Assembly: GCA_035946335.1 (NCBI GenBank)
Contig: DASYZL010000006.1
Coordinates: forward strand, 175,664 to 239,663
Reading direction: 5' to 3'
From: Patescibacteria group bacterium
GTDB lineage: Bacteria; Patescibacteriota; Microgenomatia; Levybacterales; UBA12049
DNA: 64,000 bases
In this document: one piece after another, positions 49,799-60,918 of the stretch
Layout: every line of letters begins with the position of its first letter
Numbering within the stretch: position 1 is the first letter of the stretch
Program-made: the position numbers and the translations under genes
The notes under the pieces: generated by a model
What the model was told of the DNA's origin: nothing
Seen by the model: only the letters and a program-made list of their open reading frames with translations
Databases searched by the model: none

Positions 49799-50338
49799 AT
49801 GAAGAAAAGAATAGTTATTATCAAAATTGGCGCAGGCATAACTGTTGCAGGAATACTTTTCCTATTACTCCACAATGCTTCTTCCAAACCTCAAACCACT
49901 TTTCAATCAGAAACGAAAATTATTTCTGGTTCTTTTGATACAAGAAACATGAAAACTGATGCGCAGTGGAGAAAAATATTAACTCCTGAGCAATATACCA
50001 TTCTTCGCCAAGCTGGAACAGAAGTTCCTTATACGGGAAAATTAGAATACGAACAGAGAAAAGGAACCTATTACAGTGTAGGATGCAATAAGCCTATTTT
50101 TCGCTCTGAGCAAAAGTATGAGTCTGGAACAGGTTGGCCAAGTTTCTGGGCGCCAATCAATCCTAACGCCTTAGTCCTAAGAGAAGATAATAGTATTCCT
50201 GTGGAACCTCGCATTGAAGTGCTTGATACGTGCGGTAACCACCTTGGTCACGTGTTTGATGATGGCCCGCAACCAACGGGAAAAAGATATTGCATGAATT
50301 CAATTGCAATGTATTTTGTGCCAGATAAAAAGCAGTAA
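49799..50338 (+). CDS. msrB: Peptide-methionine (R)-S-oxide reductase MsrB with N-terminal anchor
   Basis: GTE.P..G, SGTGWPSF, HLGHVFDDGP.PTGKRYCMNS. Confidence 0.95.
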   Translation: MKKRIVIIKIGAGITVAGILFLLLHNASSKPQTTFQSETKIISGSFDTRNMKTDAQWRKILTPEQYTILRQAGTEVPYTGKLEYEQRKGTYYSVGCNKPIFRSEQKYESGTGWPSFWAPINPNALVLREDNSIPVEPRIEVLDTCGNHLGHVFDDGPQPTGKRYCMNSIAMYFVPDKKQ

Positions 50339-50426
50339 ACGAATTATTCTTTTGAGAGAGGATATCGTAAACAGTGAAAATACGACCGCATTGTTAGTGT
50401 AACTAATAGGTAGTATGCTTTACCAT

Positions 50427-51635
50427 ATGGCTACCTTTTTAACACTACTAAAATCAAAAAAATACTATGTAATAATTACTATTATCGTTTTTCTATTCAT
50501 CATTCTTCGAGCAATCCTTTTGACAAGTCCAAACACTGAACTTACTTATACAGCTAAGATGGAAAACTTGATTGATACCGTACAAGTCAGTGGAACATAT
50601 TCTACAGCTTCTCAGATACCAGTGGCCTCTCCGTCGAATGGTGTAATAGATAAGATATTTGTTAGCAATAACAGCCAGGTAAAAAAGGGTGATCAATTAT
50701 TTCATGTCCAGAGCACTGCAACAGTTGACCAACAAAAAGCTGCGTATGCTGCGTATCTTGCAGCAAACAGTACCGTACAAGCTGATAATGCAACCCTTTA
50801 TAGTCTTCAGTCTACGATGTATGCTGCCTGGCAGGCATATATAAATCAAGCAACGAGCGCTACCTACCAAAATAGCGACGGCTCTCCCAACGCTACCAAC
50901 CGAGTCGAAACAACGTTCACTGTCCCTCAGGCTGCCTGGTTGGCAGCGGAGGCAAATTATAAAAATCAGCAGGCAGTTATTAATAAAGATCAAGCAGCAC
51001 TTTCTGCTGCGCAACAAACGTATGCAGAAACGCAAAGCGTTACTGTCATTGCCCCAGTTGGCGGAACTGTCGTGAATCTTCTTGCGCAAAGCGGCGATCA
51101 GGTAGCTGCCAATACTTCAGCAATCACTGTCATTGGCACAAATACAGGTCAAGCAGCAGTATCATCTTCCACTCCCCAATCAATCCTTATTATTGCAAAT
51201 CTTTCAAATCCTTATCTTACAGCAGATATAAGTGAAGACTATGCCACAAGAATCGTAAAAGGACAAAAGGCATCTGTTGTTTTTGATGCGATGAAAGATA
51301 AAACATTTTCCGCAACTGTTGAAAACATTGATACTGTGGGGACAAATACGCAGGGAGTAATTACCTATAAAGCCAGAATCGCTACGGATAATCTTTTATC
51401 AAAAATAAAACCTGACATGACAGCACTTATTACCATTGAAACGCTTCGAAAAAATAATGTAATTGACGTACCCAATAGCGCCATTGTTACAAGGAGTAAT
51501 ATGTCCTATGTTGAACAAGCTAACACACATAAACTCATCCCAGTATTAGTCGGAGCAAGAGGTGTCATAAAAACTGAAATTACAAGCGGGCTATATGCTG
51601 GAACAGTTCTTGTTGCAAATCCAAACTCAAATTAA
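50427..51635 (+). CDS. Membrane-fusion/periplasmic adaptor (HlyD/MacA-like)
   Basis: TM anchor, VKKGDQLF, helical hairpin, I.AP..G.V, IKPDMTA. Confidence 0.85.
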   Translation: MATFLTLLKSKKYYVIITIIVFLFIILRAILLTSPNTELTYTAKMENLIDTVQVSGTYSTASQIPVASPSNGVIDKIFVSNNSQVKKGDQLFHVQSTATVDQQKAAYAAYLAANSTVQADNATLYSLQSTMYAAWQAYINQATSATYQNSDGSPNATNRVETTFTVPQAAWLAAEANYKNQQAVINKDQAALSAAQQTYAETQSVTVIAPVGGTVVNLLAQSGDQVAANTSAITVIGTNTGQAAVSSSTPQSILIIANLSNPYLTADISEDYATRIVKGQKASVVFDAMKDKTFSATVENIDTVGTNTQGVITYKARIATDNLLSKIKPDMTALITIETLRKNNVIDVPNSAIVTRSNMSYVEQANTHKLIPVLVGARGVIKTEITSGLYAGTVLVANPNSN

Positions 51636-51640
51636 ATAAT

Positions 51641-52912
51641 ATGGTATGGAAAGACAATGCGTTATTAGTTGGCTTTTTCCTGGCAGTTCGAGAAATAAAA
51701 CGAAGCAATCCTTGGACTAGCATACTAATCATACTTATTATCAGCCTTACTTTCTTTAATATGCTCTTTATCGGTGGACTTTTTTTGGGGATCATTGGAG
51801 GGTTTTTAGGAGCGTTTCAAACAAATTACTCAGGGAATGTCCTTATAAGTCCAGCGATAAATAAAAATGAAATTTCAGATACAGATACCGTTATCTCTAT
51901 AGTAAAAAGTCTCCCTACCTACAGATCTTTATCTGCACGCTTTGTTACATCTGCAATACTTGCATACAACTATCAAAATAAGGTAAGACCGACGGATGTT
52001 TCTGAAAGTGCTGCAGGGCAACTTGTTGGTATTAATCCTATTGCTGAGGATAGAACAGCACAACTGTCAAAAGCAATCATTGCAGGATCATATCTTACGC
52101 CATCTGATTCCGACGAGATTTTAGTTGGTTCAACATTAACACAGAAATATGCAACAGTCAGAAATGCAGGGAACACGGTCGGATCAAGAGTTTTAGTTAC
52201 AGCAGATATTGGATCTCGAGTTCTTTTAATGGTAAACGGTATTCAGAAAGAGGTAACGATAAAAGGAATAGTAACAACCAATGTTCCTACTGTTGATGCT
52301 CGCATATACATGGTTGATTCAACAGTCAGACAGTTGATGGGAAATACCAGTTTAAACGCAAATGAAATAGCGATTTCACTTACCCCTCGTGCTTCCGATA
52401 CAGATGCAAAAAATTATATTATTAGAAATCTCGCAAATAGAAATGATGTATTAGTACAAACATCCGCCGACACATTACCCGCAGGTTTATCCAGCGAATT
52501 ACAGATATTTTCAAAATTAGATAATCTTATTGGAGGAATAGCGCTTGTTATCAGTTCCATTACGATATTTATCGTGATTTATGTGAATGCGGTAACACGA
52601 AGAAAATTTATAGGGATTCTGAAAGGCATAGGAATTTCAAGTCGAGCAATAGAAATCTCTTATGTTTTTCAGGCTCTTTTCTATGCTATTGGAGGCACAA
52701 TCCTAGCAAGCGTCCTGATTATGGGTCTGATTGTTCCCTATTACGATGTGCACCCGTTTAATATAGCAGGTATTCCTGGAACGCTTGCTATAACAATGAG
52801 TGATATTATTCCCCGGGCTATTTTACTAACAGTGGTATCAGGAATTTTTGGTTTTATTCCTGCATGGCTTGTTACAAAACAAAATACACTGGATGCGATA
52901 TTGGGAAGATAA
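51641..52912 (+). CDS. ABC permease (FtsX/MacB family)
   Basis: One TM, large extracellular loop, three TMs; IGILKGIG. Confidence 0.88.
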   Translation: MVWKDNALLVGFFLAVREIKRSNPWTSILIILIISLTFFNMLFIGGLFLGIIGGFLGAFQTNYSGNVLISPAINKNEISDTDTVISIVKSLPTYRSLSARFVTSAILAYNYQNKVRPTDVSESAAGQLVGINPIAEDRTAQLSKAIIAGSYLTPSDSDEILVGSTLTQKYATVRNAGNTVGSRVLVTADIGSRVLLMVNGIQKEVTIKGIVTTNVPTVDARIYMVDSTVRQLMGNTSLNANEIAISLTPRASDTDAKNYIIRNLANRNDVLVQTSADTLPAGLSSELQIFSKLDNLIGGIALVISSITIFIVIYVNAVTRRKFIGILKGIGISSRAIEISYVFQALFYAIGGTILASVLIMGLIVPYYDVHPFNIAGIPGTLAITMSDIIPRAILLTVVSGIFGFIPAWLVTKQNTLDAILGR

Positions 52913-52913
52913 T

Positions 52914-53621
52914 ATGATTCGAGTTAGTAATCTTGTGAAAAAATTCCGCATGGGAGAAACAGAACTTATTGCTCTCAAGCACTTAAGCTTTGCGGTCCCC
53001 ACTGGTCAATTTCTTGCGATAACTGGAAGGTCAGGTGCTGGAAAAAGTACATTACTCTATAACATGAGCCTTCTGGACAAACCAACTGAGGGAGCTATCA
53101 CCATTGATGACCAGAATATTACGGAAATTGAGGATAAAAAACGGGTAACATACCGTCTGAGTAATTTTGGTTTTATTTTTCAGGAATACGCACTTTTACC
53201 AACACTAAGCTCTATAGAGAATGTGATGCTTCCACTTATGATGGAGGGATTTGACAAAGCGTATGTTGAACAAGAGGCAAAAGAAGCATTAGAAAAGGTA
53301 GGATTGGGAGACAAACTTGATAATTTACCAAGTCAATTATCAGGTGGACAGCAACAAAGAGTCAGTATTGCAAGGGCAATTACCCACAATCCGAAAATAG
53401 TGTTTGCAGATGAACCAACAGCAAATCTTGATACAGAATCTTCGATGCAGATTCTTGATATATTTCTTGAACTTAATAAACAAGGTCAAACGATTATCAT
53501 GGTTACCCATGAACCAGAATACGCAAAGATTGCACATCGGGATATAGAATTACTTGATGGAGACATCGTTCGAGATACGGCACAAAAGCCAAAAAAACTA
53601 AAAGATATCCATCATGACTAG
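52914..53621 (+). CDS. ABC ATP-binding protein (LolD/MacB-like)
   Basis: GRSGAGKST, LSGGQQQRV, ADEPTANLD, MVTHE. Confidence 0.93.
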   Translation: MIRVSNLVKKFRMGETELIALKHLSFAVPTGQFLAITGRSGAGKSTLLYNMSLLDKPTEGAITIDDQNITEIEDKKRVTYRLSNFGFIFQEYALLPTLSSIENVMLPLMMEGFDKAYVEQEAKEALEKVGLGDKLDNLPSQLSGGQQQRVSIARAITHNPKIVFADEPTANLDTESSMQILDIFLELNKQGQTIIMVTHEPEYAKIAHRDIELLDGDIVRDTAQKPKKLKDIHHD

Positions 53622-53636
53622 TGATATAATCGCTTT

Positions 53637-54524
53637 GTGAAAAAAGTCTTCATTACTGGTGCCTCAGGATTTCTTGGTACAAAGCTATTTGCTATGTATG
53701 CAAATACAGCTGAGGTATCAGGAACTTATCACAAGCATCCCAAAGAAGGTCTGATACCATTTGATGTTACTGATGCAGAACAAACACGAGAGGTTATAAC
53801 AAGGTTTCATCCCGATAATATTATTCATACCGTTGCTCTGGCAGACGTAGATATCTGCGAAGAAAGAAGAGAAGATGCAGAGATAATAAATTATCTTGGT
53901 ACTAAAAACGTTGTTGATGCGGCTTGCGCTATAGGTGCGCGAGTAGACTATATATCAACAGTGTATGTTTTTAACGGAGAAAAAGGTCAATATACTGAAG
54001 AGGATGAACCGAATCCAATGAACTGGTATGGAGAAACAAAATTACGAGCAGAGCGGGAAGTTGCAACACTTCCTCACTATGGCATATATCGCTTTGATAA
54101 GCTCTACGGATATAACGGAGAAGGCAAACCGAACGATGCATTTTCAAAAGTTCTCGCTGGCAAACTCTTTCAAGTAAATAGTAATTCAATTCGGCAACCT
54201 TTGTTTATTGATGACGTTGACAGAGGAATTCAGTTTATTCAAGAAAGAAATTTAAATGGAATTTTTCATATGGCAGGTCCGGAGAAAATGAGCAAATATG
54301 ATTTAACTATTCAGTTGGCAAAGCTAATTGGCAAAGAATCTTTAGTAATTCCCATTTTAGAAAAAGAACAGGTGGCAAGAAGACCAAAAGATGCCTCTAT
54401 AGTTACAACTAAAGCAGAGTCACTTGGTATACGATTCACGCCACTACAAGAAGCGATCGATATTATCGAAACAAGCTTAAGAAAAAAAGGTATTGAAGGA
54501 GTAAGAAAATCTACTGAACGCTAA
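53637..54524 (+). CDS. RmlD-like extended SDR sugar reductase
   Basis: ITGASGFLG, ISTVYVF.G, YGETK. Confidence 0.85.
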   Translation: MKKVFITGASGFLGTKLFAMYANTAEVSGTYHKHPKEGLIPFDVTDAEQTREVITRFHPDNIIHTVALADVDICEERREDAEIINYLGTKNVVDAACAIGARVDYISTVYVFNGEKGQYTEEDEPNPMNWYGETKLRAEREVATLPHYGIYRFDKLYGYNGEGKPNDAFSKVLAGKLFQVNSNSIRQPLFIDDVDRGIQFIQERNLNGIFHMAGPEKMSKYDLTIQLAKLIGKESLVIPILEKEQVARRPKDASIVTTKAESLGIRFTPLQEAIDIIETSLRKKGIEGVRKSTER

Positions 54525-54668
54525 ACGGTGGAGAAAAAGCTGTCAATTTTCTTCCTCCTCTACTTTTACAAGTCATAGCAATGGTATTCCTCCTTTTGAT
54601 TACCTATCAAGTTTTCTTTTTTGATATACTAATGCAATAAGGGCTGTAGGAATATCCAGAGTATTCTT

Positions 54669-55569
54669 ATGAAGAAAAAAAAGAAATATTACTCAATTTA
54701 ATTCTATAAAGTTTTTCGTTATTATTTCTCCGCTATTACTCCTTGTACTCTTGGCGACCGGGGCATACTTTTGGTATCAATCCCGTACAATTCCAGATCT
54801 TGATGAAGAACATCAGATGACACAACTTCCCTCAGACATACGCAATGTATTGGGAACGAATTCCAACACTATTCTAGGTATTTCCATTCGTATCCCCTTT
54901 TTCCTATACCACTACGTTGAGTATGTGCATAACGATCCAGGAAGACAAAATCTAAACGTTCCACCCAATATCCTCACCGCTCAAATTGAAACACTGAAAA
55001 ATGCTGGATATACTTTTATTACTCCAGATGGTCTTACTCCGGCTCTATCGGGAAAGAATACATTACCACAAAAAGTTGCGATACTTAGCTTTGATGACGG
55101 ATACATGGACTTTTATACCGATGTATTCCCTATTTTACAAAAAGAACAGGTAAAAGCTATCGCATATATAGTTCCAAATTTTCTTGACAGACCAAATTAC
55201 ATGTTCACCTTTCAACTTGAAGAAGTTGCAAAAAGTCCATTAGTCGAAATTGGCGCACATACCATGGATCATTATCCATTAGCAGGAATGAATAGTAAAA
55301 CAGCAATATATGAAATTGCTCAAAGCAGAAAAACACTACAAAATTTATTACATCTACCGGTAAATTCGTTCGCCTACCCCTATGGTTCTTTTGATCTACC
55401 AACAGTAAAAATTGTACAGGATGCTGGATTTACTAATGCAGTTTCAGTTATTCCGGGAATTATGCAGAGTCCGGAGAATGAATTTTATCTTAACCGCTTA
55501 AGACCAGGCTACCGAACAGGTCAAGTTTTACTTAAATATCTCAATCAAAATACTTTCCTACCTTGGTAA
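54669..55569 (+). CDS. Polysaccharide deacetylase (CE4); probable true start is out of frame across an A8 run
   Basis: LYHYV, SFDDGY, IGAHT..H, FAYPYG; TM helix in frame upstream of the listed TTG 54751. Confidence 0.85.
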
Positions 55570-55620
55570 GTATTACTCCTCCTCTCCCCCTCCATATTAC
55601 TAAACACAATAAGGGAAAAG

Positions 55621-56280
55621 TCATTCAAAAAGTGTTGCAAGCTGTATAAATCTTTGACTCGTCGTATCAAACCAGAACGATGAACCTGTGCTTCCATTTT
55701 GATTTTTTGTATTCACAACAAGAAGCGTTGGAGATGCCCAACCGGTAACGTCATTAATTGTATATGAAGAGGTATAGGCAATAAATAGCGGCGTTACATC
55801 AAGATCATTCTCCCCATTAGCAAAAGGTTCTCCGGATGTTTTAAACACAAGGTAATGGTTACCATCATTTAATGTCTCTTTAAGAAAAATATAACTATCG
55901 TCTGAAGAGAATGCGTTAAAAGGAATAGACATAGTGCTTTCTCCATGTAGAATCTGGGTAAAAAGAGTTTTCTCTGTGTTGGTGGATATATTTGTAAGCA
56001 TAAACACATACGTTGTTGACTTAAGATTTTGCGTTGTTTTCATGGTGAGTTTTTCTGCGCCATCTGACGATATCCAGGAAGTAACGACGCTTCTCGAAGC
56101 AACAGGCACTGTTGTTGGAATAAGAGTAGGCGATCTATCGCTAATAAAATGTGGAAGAGGCGTAATGACTTGTTTATATTGAAACTGCTTTGGCTGGCGC
56201 AAGTAAAAAACAACGAAAAGACAGATGATACTTGCAATAAGAATAAATGATATTGTTTCAAGTTCACGTGTGAGTATCAT
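55621..56280 (-). CDS. Membrane-anchored hypothetical protein
   Basis: N-terminal TM helix, beta-rich domain (SSDG, FSSDD.Y). Confidence 0.7.
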   Translation of the reverse strand: MILTRELETISFILIASIICLFVVFYLRQPKQFQYKQVITPLPHFISDRSPTLIPTTVPVASRSVVTSWISSDGAEKLTMKTTQNLKSTTYVFMLTNISTNTEKTLFTQILHGESTMSIPFNAFSSDDSYIFLKETLNDGNHYLVFKTSGEPFANGENDLDVTPLFIAYTSSYTINDVTGWASPTLLVVNTKNQNGSTGSSFWFDTTSQRFIQLATLFE

Positions 56281-56281
56281 A

Positions 56282-57019
56282 TTAATTTGTCACCACCCCA
56301 GGCGCTGTCCCGGCAACAGTAACTTCTGTTCCAGGATTATTCGTTGTTGCGTACGTTGTGAATCCTGTTGTTGGTGGGTCTACCCAGTTATATAAAGCTT
56401 GTGCATCAACAATGCGCATATTAATACACCCGTGGCTCATGGGATGACCGAAATTATTGTGCCAGTATGCGCCATGGAGACTGAACCCTGCTGATGCAGG
56501 AACATCGTTATTGGCAAAGAACATGACATACGGAACATTAGGTAAATCATAAAAGTCAGCACCACTTCCTCCTGTCATTCGTGTTGCGCGTAATTTAATC
56601 CAAATGGTAAATGTTCCATCCGGGGTAGGATGCCATTTGCCAGATGAAATAAGTGTTTTCATTACCAGTGTTTTTCCCTGGTATGCATAAAGCGTTTGCG
56701 AAGACAAATCAACATAAATATGCTTTTGCCCAGTTAAAACTGATGCACCCAACACAGCCTTGTTTGTTATATCCTGTGAAAGGGATATTTTCGGAACAGC
56801 AACAGTGCGCCCTTCGAACACTCCTTTTACATTATTCTCCACTTTTACTGATAAATCTTTAATGCAACTGATAGAGTTTGCACAGAAAGGCGAAGCGGAT
56901 GGTAAAAAACTCGTACCTATCGTTACGATAGATACTACTGCAGTGATACTCAAACAAAGACGGATAAAATAATATCGAACTGTTTTGGGATGTTTTATGC
57001 GTGCAGGCTTTTTCTTCAT
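56282..57019 (-). CDS. L,D-transpeptidase family protein
   Basis: IYVDLSSQ.L, ISSG...TP.G.F, HGAYWH...SHGCIN. Confidence 0.92.
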   Translation of the reverse strand: MKKKPARIKHPKTVRYYFIRLCLSITAVVSIVTIGTSFLPSASPFCANSISCIKDLSVKVENNVKGVFEGRTVAVPKISLSQDITNKAVLGASVLTGQKHIYVDLSSQTLYAYQGKTLVMKTLISSGKWHPTPDGTFTIWIKLRATRMTGGSGADFYDLPNVPYVMFFANNDVPASAGFSLHGAYWHNNFGHPMSHGCINMRIVDAQALYNWVDPPTTGFTTYATTNNPGTEVTVAGTAPGVVTN

Positions 57020-57062
57020 CCTATATTTAGGTTAGTATAGGGAAGAACAATTGTAAAGACCC

Positions 57063-57728
57063 TTACCCAAGTTTTTCAACGCGGATGGTCAAGTTTGTCC
57101 CGTTATGAGTAAAAATAAATGCAACTGGTTTATTAAATGTATTCGTAATATACAAATTTTGCATACTGCTGCTTCCAGTCTCCCCAGGCATATAATAAAT
57201 AGCAACTCCATATTTTTCCGGTACATCAGGAATCCGGGCAAAATTATGTGGCGTAGGTGATACCACAAATAAATCTGCTGTCCTGGCAACAACATTGATA
57301 AATGAGGCCAAGTGACAAACACCATCTCCTACCAGCCAGCCGTCTGATTCAAATCCCTCGCTTGCATCAAAGTGGGCATTTGTTGTCTGTGACACATTAT
57401 TTTTATATTGCGGTAAAACTGAATCGTGAAAGGCAAAAGATGTACCAGATTTGAGCACCATTGTATAAGTAAAGTCACTCTTTACCATATTCCAGTTTAC
57501 GGTTTGTCCTTCTTTCACAGTTCCCCTCATATATGCAAGTGTAAGTAAAATGTTATCCGCAAAAACGTTGTTTACATAGCTATTATTATACCTATCAGCA
57601 AGAGAATAGGTGCGACTTGATAATACGTTTGTCACCTCAGACATAGGTGTTGCCATAGAATACGCTACCGTTGCTCGTGACATAAGCATAGTAAAAATAA
57701 TAAGAATACTGATGATTTTAGAATACAT
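57063..57728 (-). CDS. VanW-like exported protein
   Basis: GDGVCHLAS, PH, NLYI.N...P pattern. Confidence 0.65.
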   Translation of the reverse strand: MYSKIISILIIFTMLMSRATVAYSMATPMSEVTNVLSSRTYSLADRYNNSYVNNVFADNILLTLAYMRGTVKEGQTVNWNMVKSDFTYTMVLKSGTSFAFHDSVLPQYKNNVSQTTNAHFDASEGFESDGWLVGDGVCHLASFINVVARTADLFVVSPTPHNFARIPDVPEKYGVAIYYMPGETGSSSMQNLYITNTFNKPVAFIFTHNGTNLTIRVEKLG

Positions 57729-57889
57729 ATTTCTATAAGCTGGGAAATTCCAGCACTTGAAAAGGAATTATATCATATTATAGGATATAATTCAAGTAGT
57801 GAGATCAGGTTCAATAATGAGGTTTTTAACACAAATACCCCTGAAAATTCCTCTTTTCCCCATTCTCCAACTCCTGTTATACTGAGTAC

Positions 57890-58464
57890 ATGAGGAACAT
57901 ATTGGCATTTATGATGATTTCGCTGGATGGTTTTTTCGAAGGGCAAGATCACGATTTATCATGGCATAACGTAGATACTGAATTTAATGCATATGCTGCG
58001 CATATGTTACGAGAAACCGATACATTGCTGTTTGGCAGAAAAACTTACCAGTTAATGGAAAATTACTGGCCGGCAGCCAAGCCTTCTGACCAAAACGATG
58101 CTATTATTGCGGAAAAAATGAATTTGTTACCTAAAATTGTTTTTTCAAAAACACTAGAGATTATTAAAGAAAAACCACACTGGAGGCATATCCGGCTTGT
58201 CAAAGATGATAGCGCTGAAGCAGTTAAAGAGATAAAAAACAAACAGGGAAAAGGTATAACGATACTCGGTAGTTCTACATTGTGTGTAAGTCTTCTGGAA
58301 GCCGGTTTACTTGATGAACTGAGGATTATGGTCAACCCCGTTGTCATCGGCAACGGCACTCCTCTTTTCAAGGGAATACACAACAAATTGACCGTAAAGC
58401 TTTTTAGAACAAAAAATTTTCTTCAGGGAATGTTTTGTTATATTACCACCCAGTATATGCGTGA
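57890..58464 (+). CDS. Dihydrofolate reductase/RibD C-terminal family protein with late frameshift
   Basis: ISLDGF, LLFGRKTY, GLLDELRIMVNPVVIG.G.PLF; terminal SGNVLLYY lies in another frame after 58411-58420. Confidence 0.85.
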
Positions 58465-58486
58465 AATTATTCCTTATGGGGAAATA

Positions 58487-58903
58487 CTATATTGATAAAA
58501 TGGCAACACCAACAACGGTCAGTAAAATACCAAGTACCTTTAAAAGCGTTATTGGTTCTTTAAGAAAAATTATTGATAAGATTACGGCAACAACAACATA
58601 TCCCGTTGAAACAGGAGCAGCAACACTCACTGGAAGCTTGGAAACAGCCAATACATAGACGAATGACCCAAGAGAAAAAAAGAGACCTACTAAAAGAGCT
58701 AACGGCGCAGAGGCAACAGGGATGTGCAAGTTTTTTTGCACAAATAATAATGCCGGTACCGAAATGGCAAACATTCCAAATGCAGTTATCACTTCCAACT
58801 GGTATGGGCTCACTTTATTCATAACAAACTTCTGTAAAAATGATCCAATGCCAACGGCAAAAATATACGTTGCCAAAAAAAGGAATCCCCAAAGTTTATC
58901 CAT
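58487..58903 (-). CDS. EamA/DMT-family small transporter
   Basis: Five TM helices, PVSVAAP, FLKEPIT..K.LG. Confidence 0.85.
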   Translation of the reverse strand: MDKLWGFLFLATYIFAVGIGSFLQKFVMNKVSPYQLEVITAFGMFAISVPALLFVQKNLHIPVASAPLALLVGLFFSLGSFVYVLAVSKLPVSVAAPVSTGYVVVAVILSIIFLKEPITLLKVLGILLTVVGVAILSI

Positions 58904-59188
58904 AAGGAAAGGATAGCAAAAAAGGGAATTTTCAACAAGGAATATATAGCATAAGCAATGCAGCAAGAACAATACGCTTCAAGATATTCACATTACATTT
59001 TTCTATTTAGAGAGTATTCTTGTTCGTGAATGCATTTGGCAAAATTGTATCCCCAAAAAATGCTATCAGGCTTACACTTCTCTTACAAAAATATCCATTT
59101 CTTATTACACAATTCTTAACCGTTTTTCCGTACTATCATTGTGAATTATAAGGTAATTCAGAAAGGAGGTGAAAAAGCACATAGGATT

Positions 59189-59632
59189 ATGAATATTAAG
59201 AAAACAATCGTCACGACCGGACTTTCTTTACTCCTTGCGGGATCACTTGCGGGAGCTCCGATGGCCTTAGCAGATGGAAACGGGTATAGTCCCTATAACA
59301 CAGGGTTTGGATATGGCATGCCAATGTCCTATTCCTATAATTATTTGTACAACCCGCTCAAATTACGAGAGACTAATCAAAGTCTTAACGTATCGTATGC
59401 AAGTGCGTTTAATACAAGCACATCGTTTGCTCAGCAGTTCCAGCTTTCTGTCACAAAATCAATGGACTCGCTTATGCAAAATTTTGCGAGTATGTTTGGG
59501 CAAGGGGTAAATGGTTATGGGTTCATGCCGCTTGGTCTGTCTTTTGGTTACCCAAATTACTCAACCGGAAGCAGTCAGTATGGTGCAACTCAAAATCAGG
59601 CACAACAATTTACGGCATTAAATGGTTATTAA
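59189..59632 (+). CDS. Secreted low-complexity (G/Y/N/S/Q-rich) protein
   Basis: Signal peptide ending AMALA-like APMALA; AGGAGGTGA upstream; own terminator. Confidence 0.7.
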   Translation: MNIKKTIVTTGLSLLLAGSLAGAPMALADGNGYSPYNTGFGYGMPMSYSYNYLYNPLKLRETNQSLNVSYASAFNTSTSFAQQFQLSVTKSMDSLMQNFASMFGQGVNGYGFMPLGLSFGYPNYSTGSSQYGATQNQAQQFTALNGY

Positions 59633-59652
59633 TGTAATCGTTTCCTGCCCGG

Positions 59653-59691
59653 GCATTAAGAAACGAGTATATCGTTTCTTAATGCGTTTTT
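59653..59691 (+). terminator. Intrinsic terminator
   Basis: GCATTAAGAAACGA-GTATA-TCGTTTCTTAATGC 14-bp stem then GTTTTT. Confidence 0.75.
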
Positions 59692-59961
59692 AGTAAACAA
59701 AATTACTGCAAGTATACGTCTTATTTTTTTATATACCCGTTCGCTTTGCAGGAAATATTTTTTATAGTTGAAAAAGGTGACATAGGAATTGTTATATTAT
59801 AGCAACATTCTTCATCTTGCAATTTTTCCCCAGCTTTTCTATGATATTTTTGTGCCGTCGTTTCTTGCAGGACTAATTACAATTTTGGTGCGGTTTGACT
59901 GGCTTCTTTTTCTTTTCATTTTTGCTTCAACCATTGTCAATATCGAAAGGAGGTGGAAGGA

Positions 59962-60129
59962 ATGAATGCAAAAATGAAATCATGTTTTACCCCGCATATT
60001 ATGATGCATAGTCTTGTAGGTTTGGGACTTGGTATTCTCTTGGTATCACTTATACCAGGACTTGCTTTATGGTGGCTGGGGCTATTATTGATAATTGCCG
60101 GTGTCGTTTGGGACATGACAAGGAAGTAA
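59962..60129 (+). CDS. Unlisted 55-aa membrane protein
   Basis: GAAAGGAGGTG SD; MNAKMKSCFTPHIMMHSLVGLGLGILLV...WDMTRK. Confidence 0.7.
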   Translation: MNAKMKSCFTPHIMMHSLVGLGLGILLVSLIPGLALWWLGLLLIIAGVVWDMTRK

Positions 60130-60254
60130 GCGGAAATTATTTAAAAAGCTTTTAAGTGTACCCTTCGAATGTGTTGTGGTGTTGGTATATTTTTTTCTAG
60201 ATGTATTCTTTTTATACATGCTAATTTAGGTTTTTAAACGTTGAGACTGTTATT

Positions 60255-60831
60255 ACATAATTCTCCTGAAAAGAAATTCCTGCAGCAGAGGCAAATGCTT
60301 CACTAAATTCTGCAATTGATTCATAACGATCTTCCGGCTTTTTTGCGAGTGCTTTCATGACTACTTTTGCCACTTCTTTACCATTCTCAGACACCTTATA
60401 CAGTAATTCTTGTTGTTCTAATTTTTCTTCTATTGATGGAGGAGAACATGTTGCATGTGCATGGCAACGCCGTTACCAGAAAAAGGTTTTTCGGCACAGG
60501 TAAGCATCTAACATGCCATAATTACTGGTGCATACTGGTCGGTAACTGGACAAGCAACACCTGTAGTCGCATATTTTGGAGCCATATATGCGTTCGTAAA
60601 TTTAGCAGCCTGCGTACCTACATAAGATGCGTCAAGTGGTAGAATTTTTATGACACGGGGAAATCCGTATCTGTCTCTCCTGAGAGTTGTTTTTGGATCA
60701 GGAAAATTATTGTTTTGTATGACATCGCTGGTTTGTTTTTGAGGCAACAAACCAAGGTCGAGATTATATCCATTACGTTCACGTAAAAAGTTGTATGAAG
60801 GGAGTTTAGTGTAAAAATTACTATAAGTCAA
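60255..60831 (-). pseudogene. Degraded Ser/Thr protein kinase
   Basis: TNAYMAPK, TDQYA, stop then MLTC.EKPFSG, and VVMKALAKKPEDRYES match Hanks-type subdomains VIII-XI. Confidence 0.65.
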
Positions 60832-60918
60832 TTTATTCCTGTAAATTTCCTGAGACCCTTACCATTTTCTTGCTATTTTTCTACAAAAGCAGGACATTAT
60901 ACGTGCTATAATTAATCA

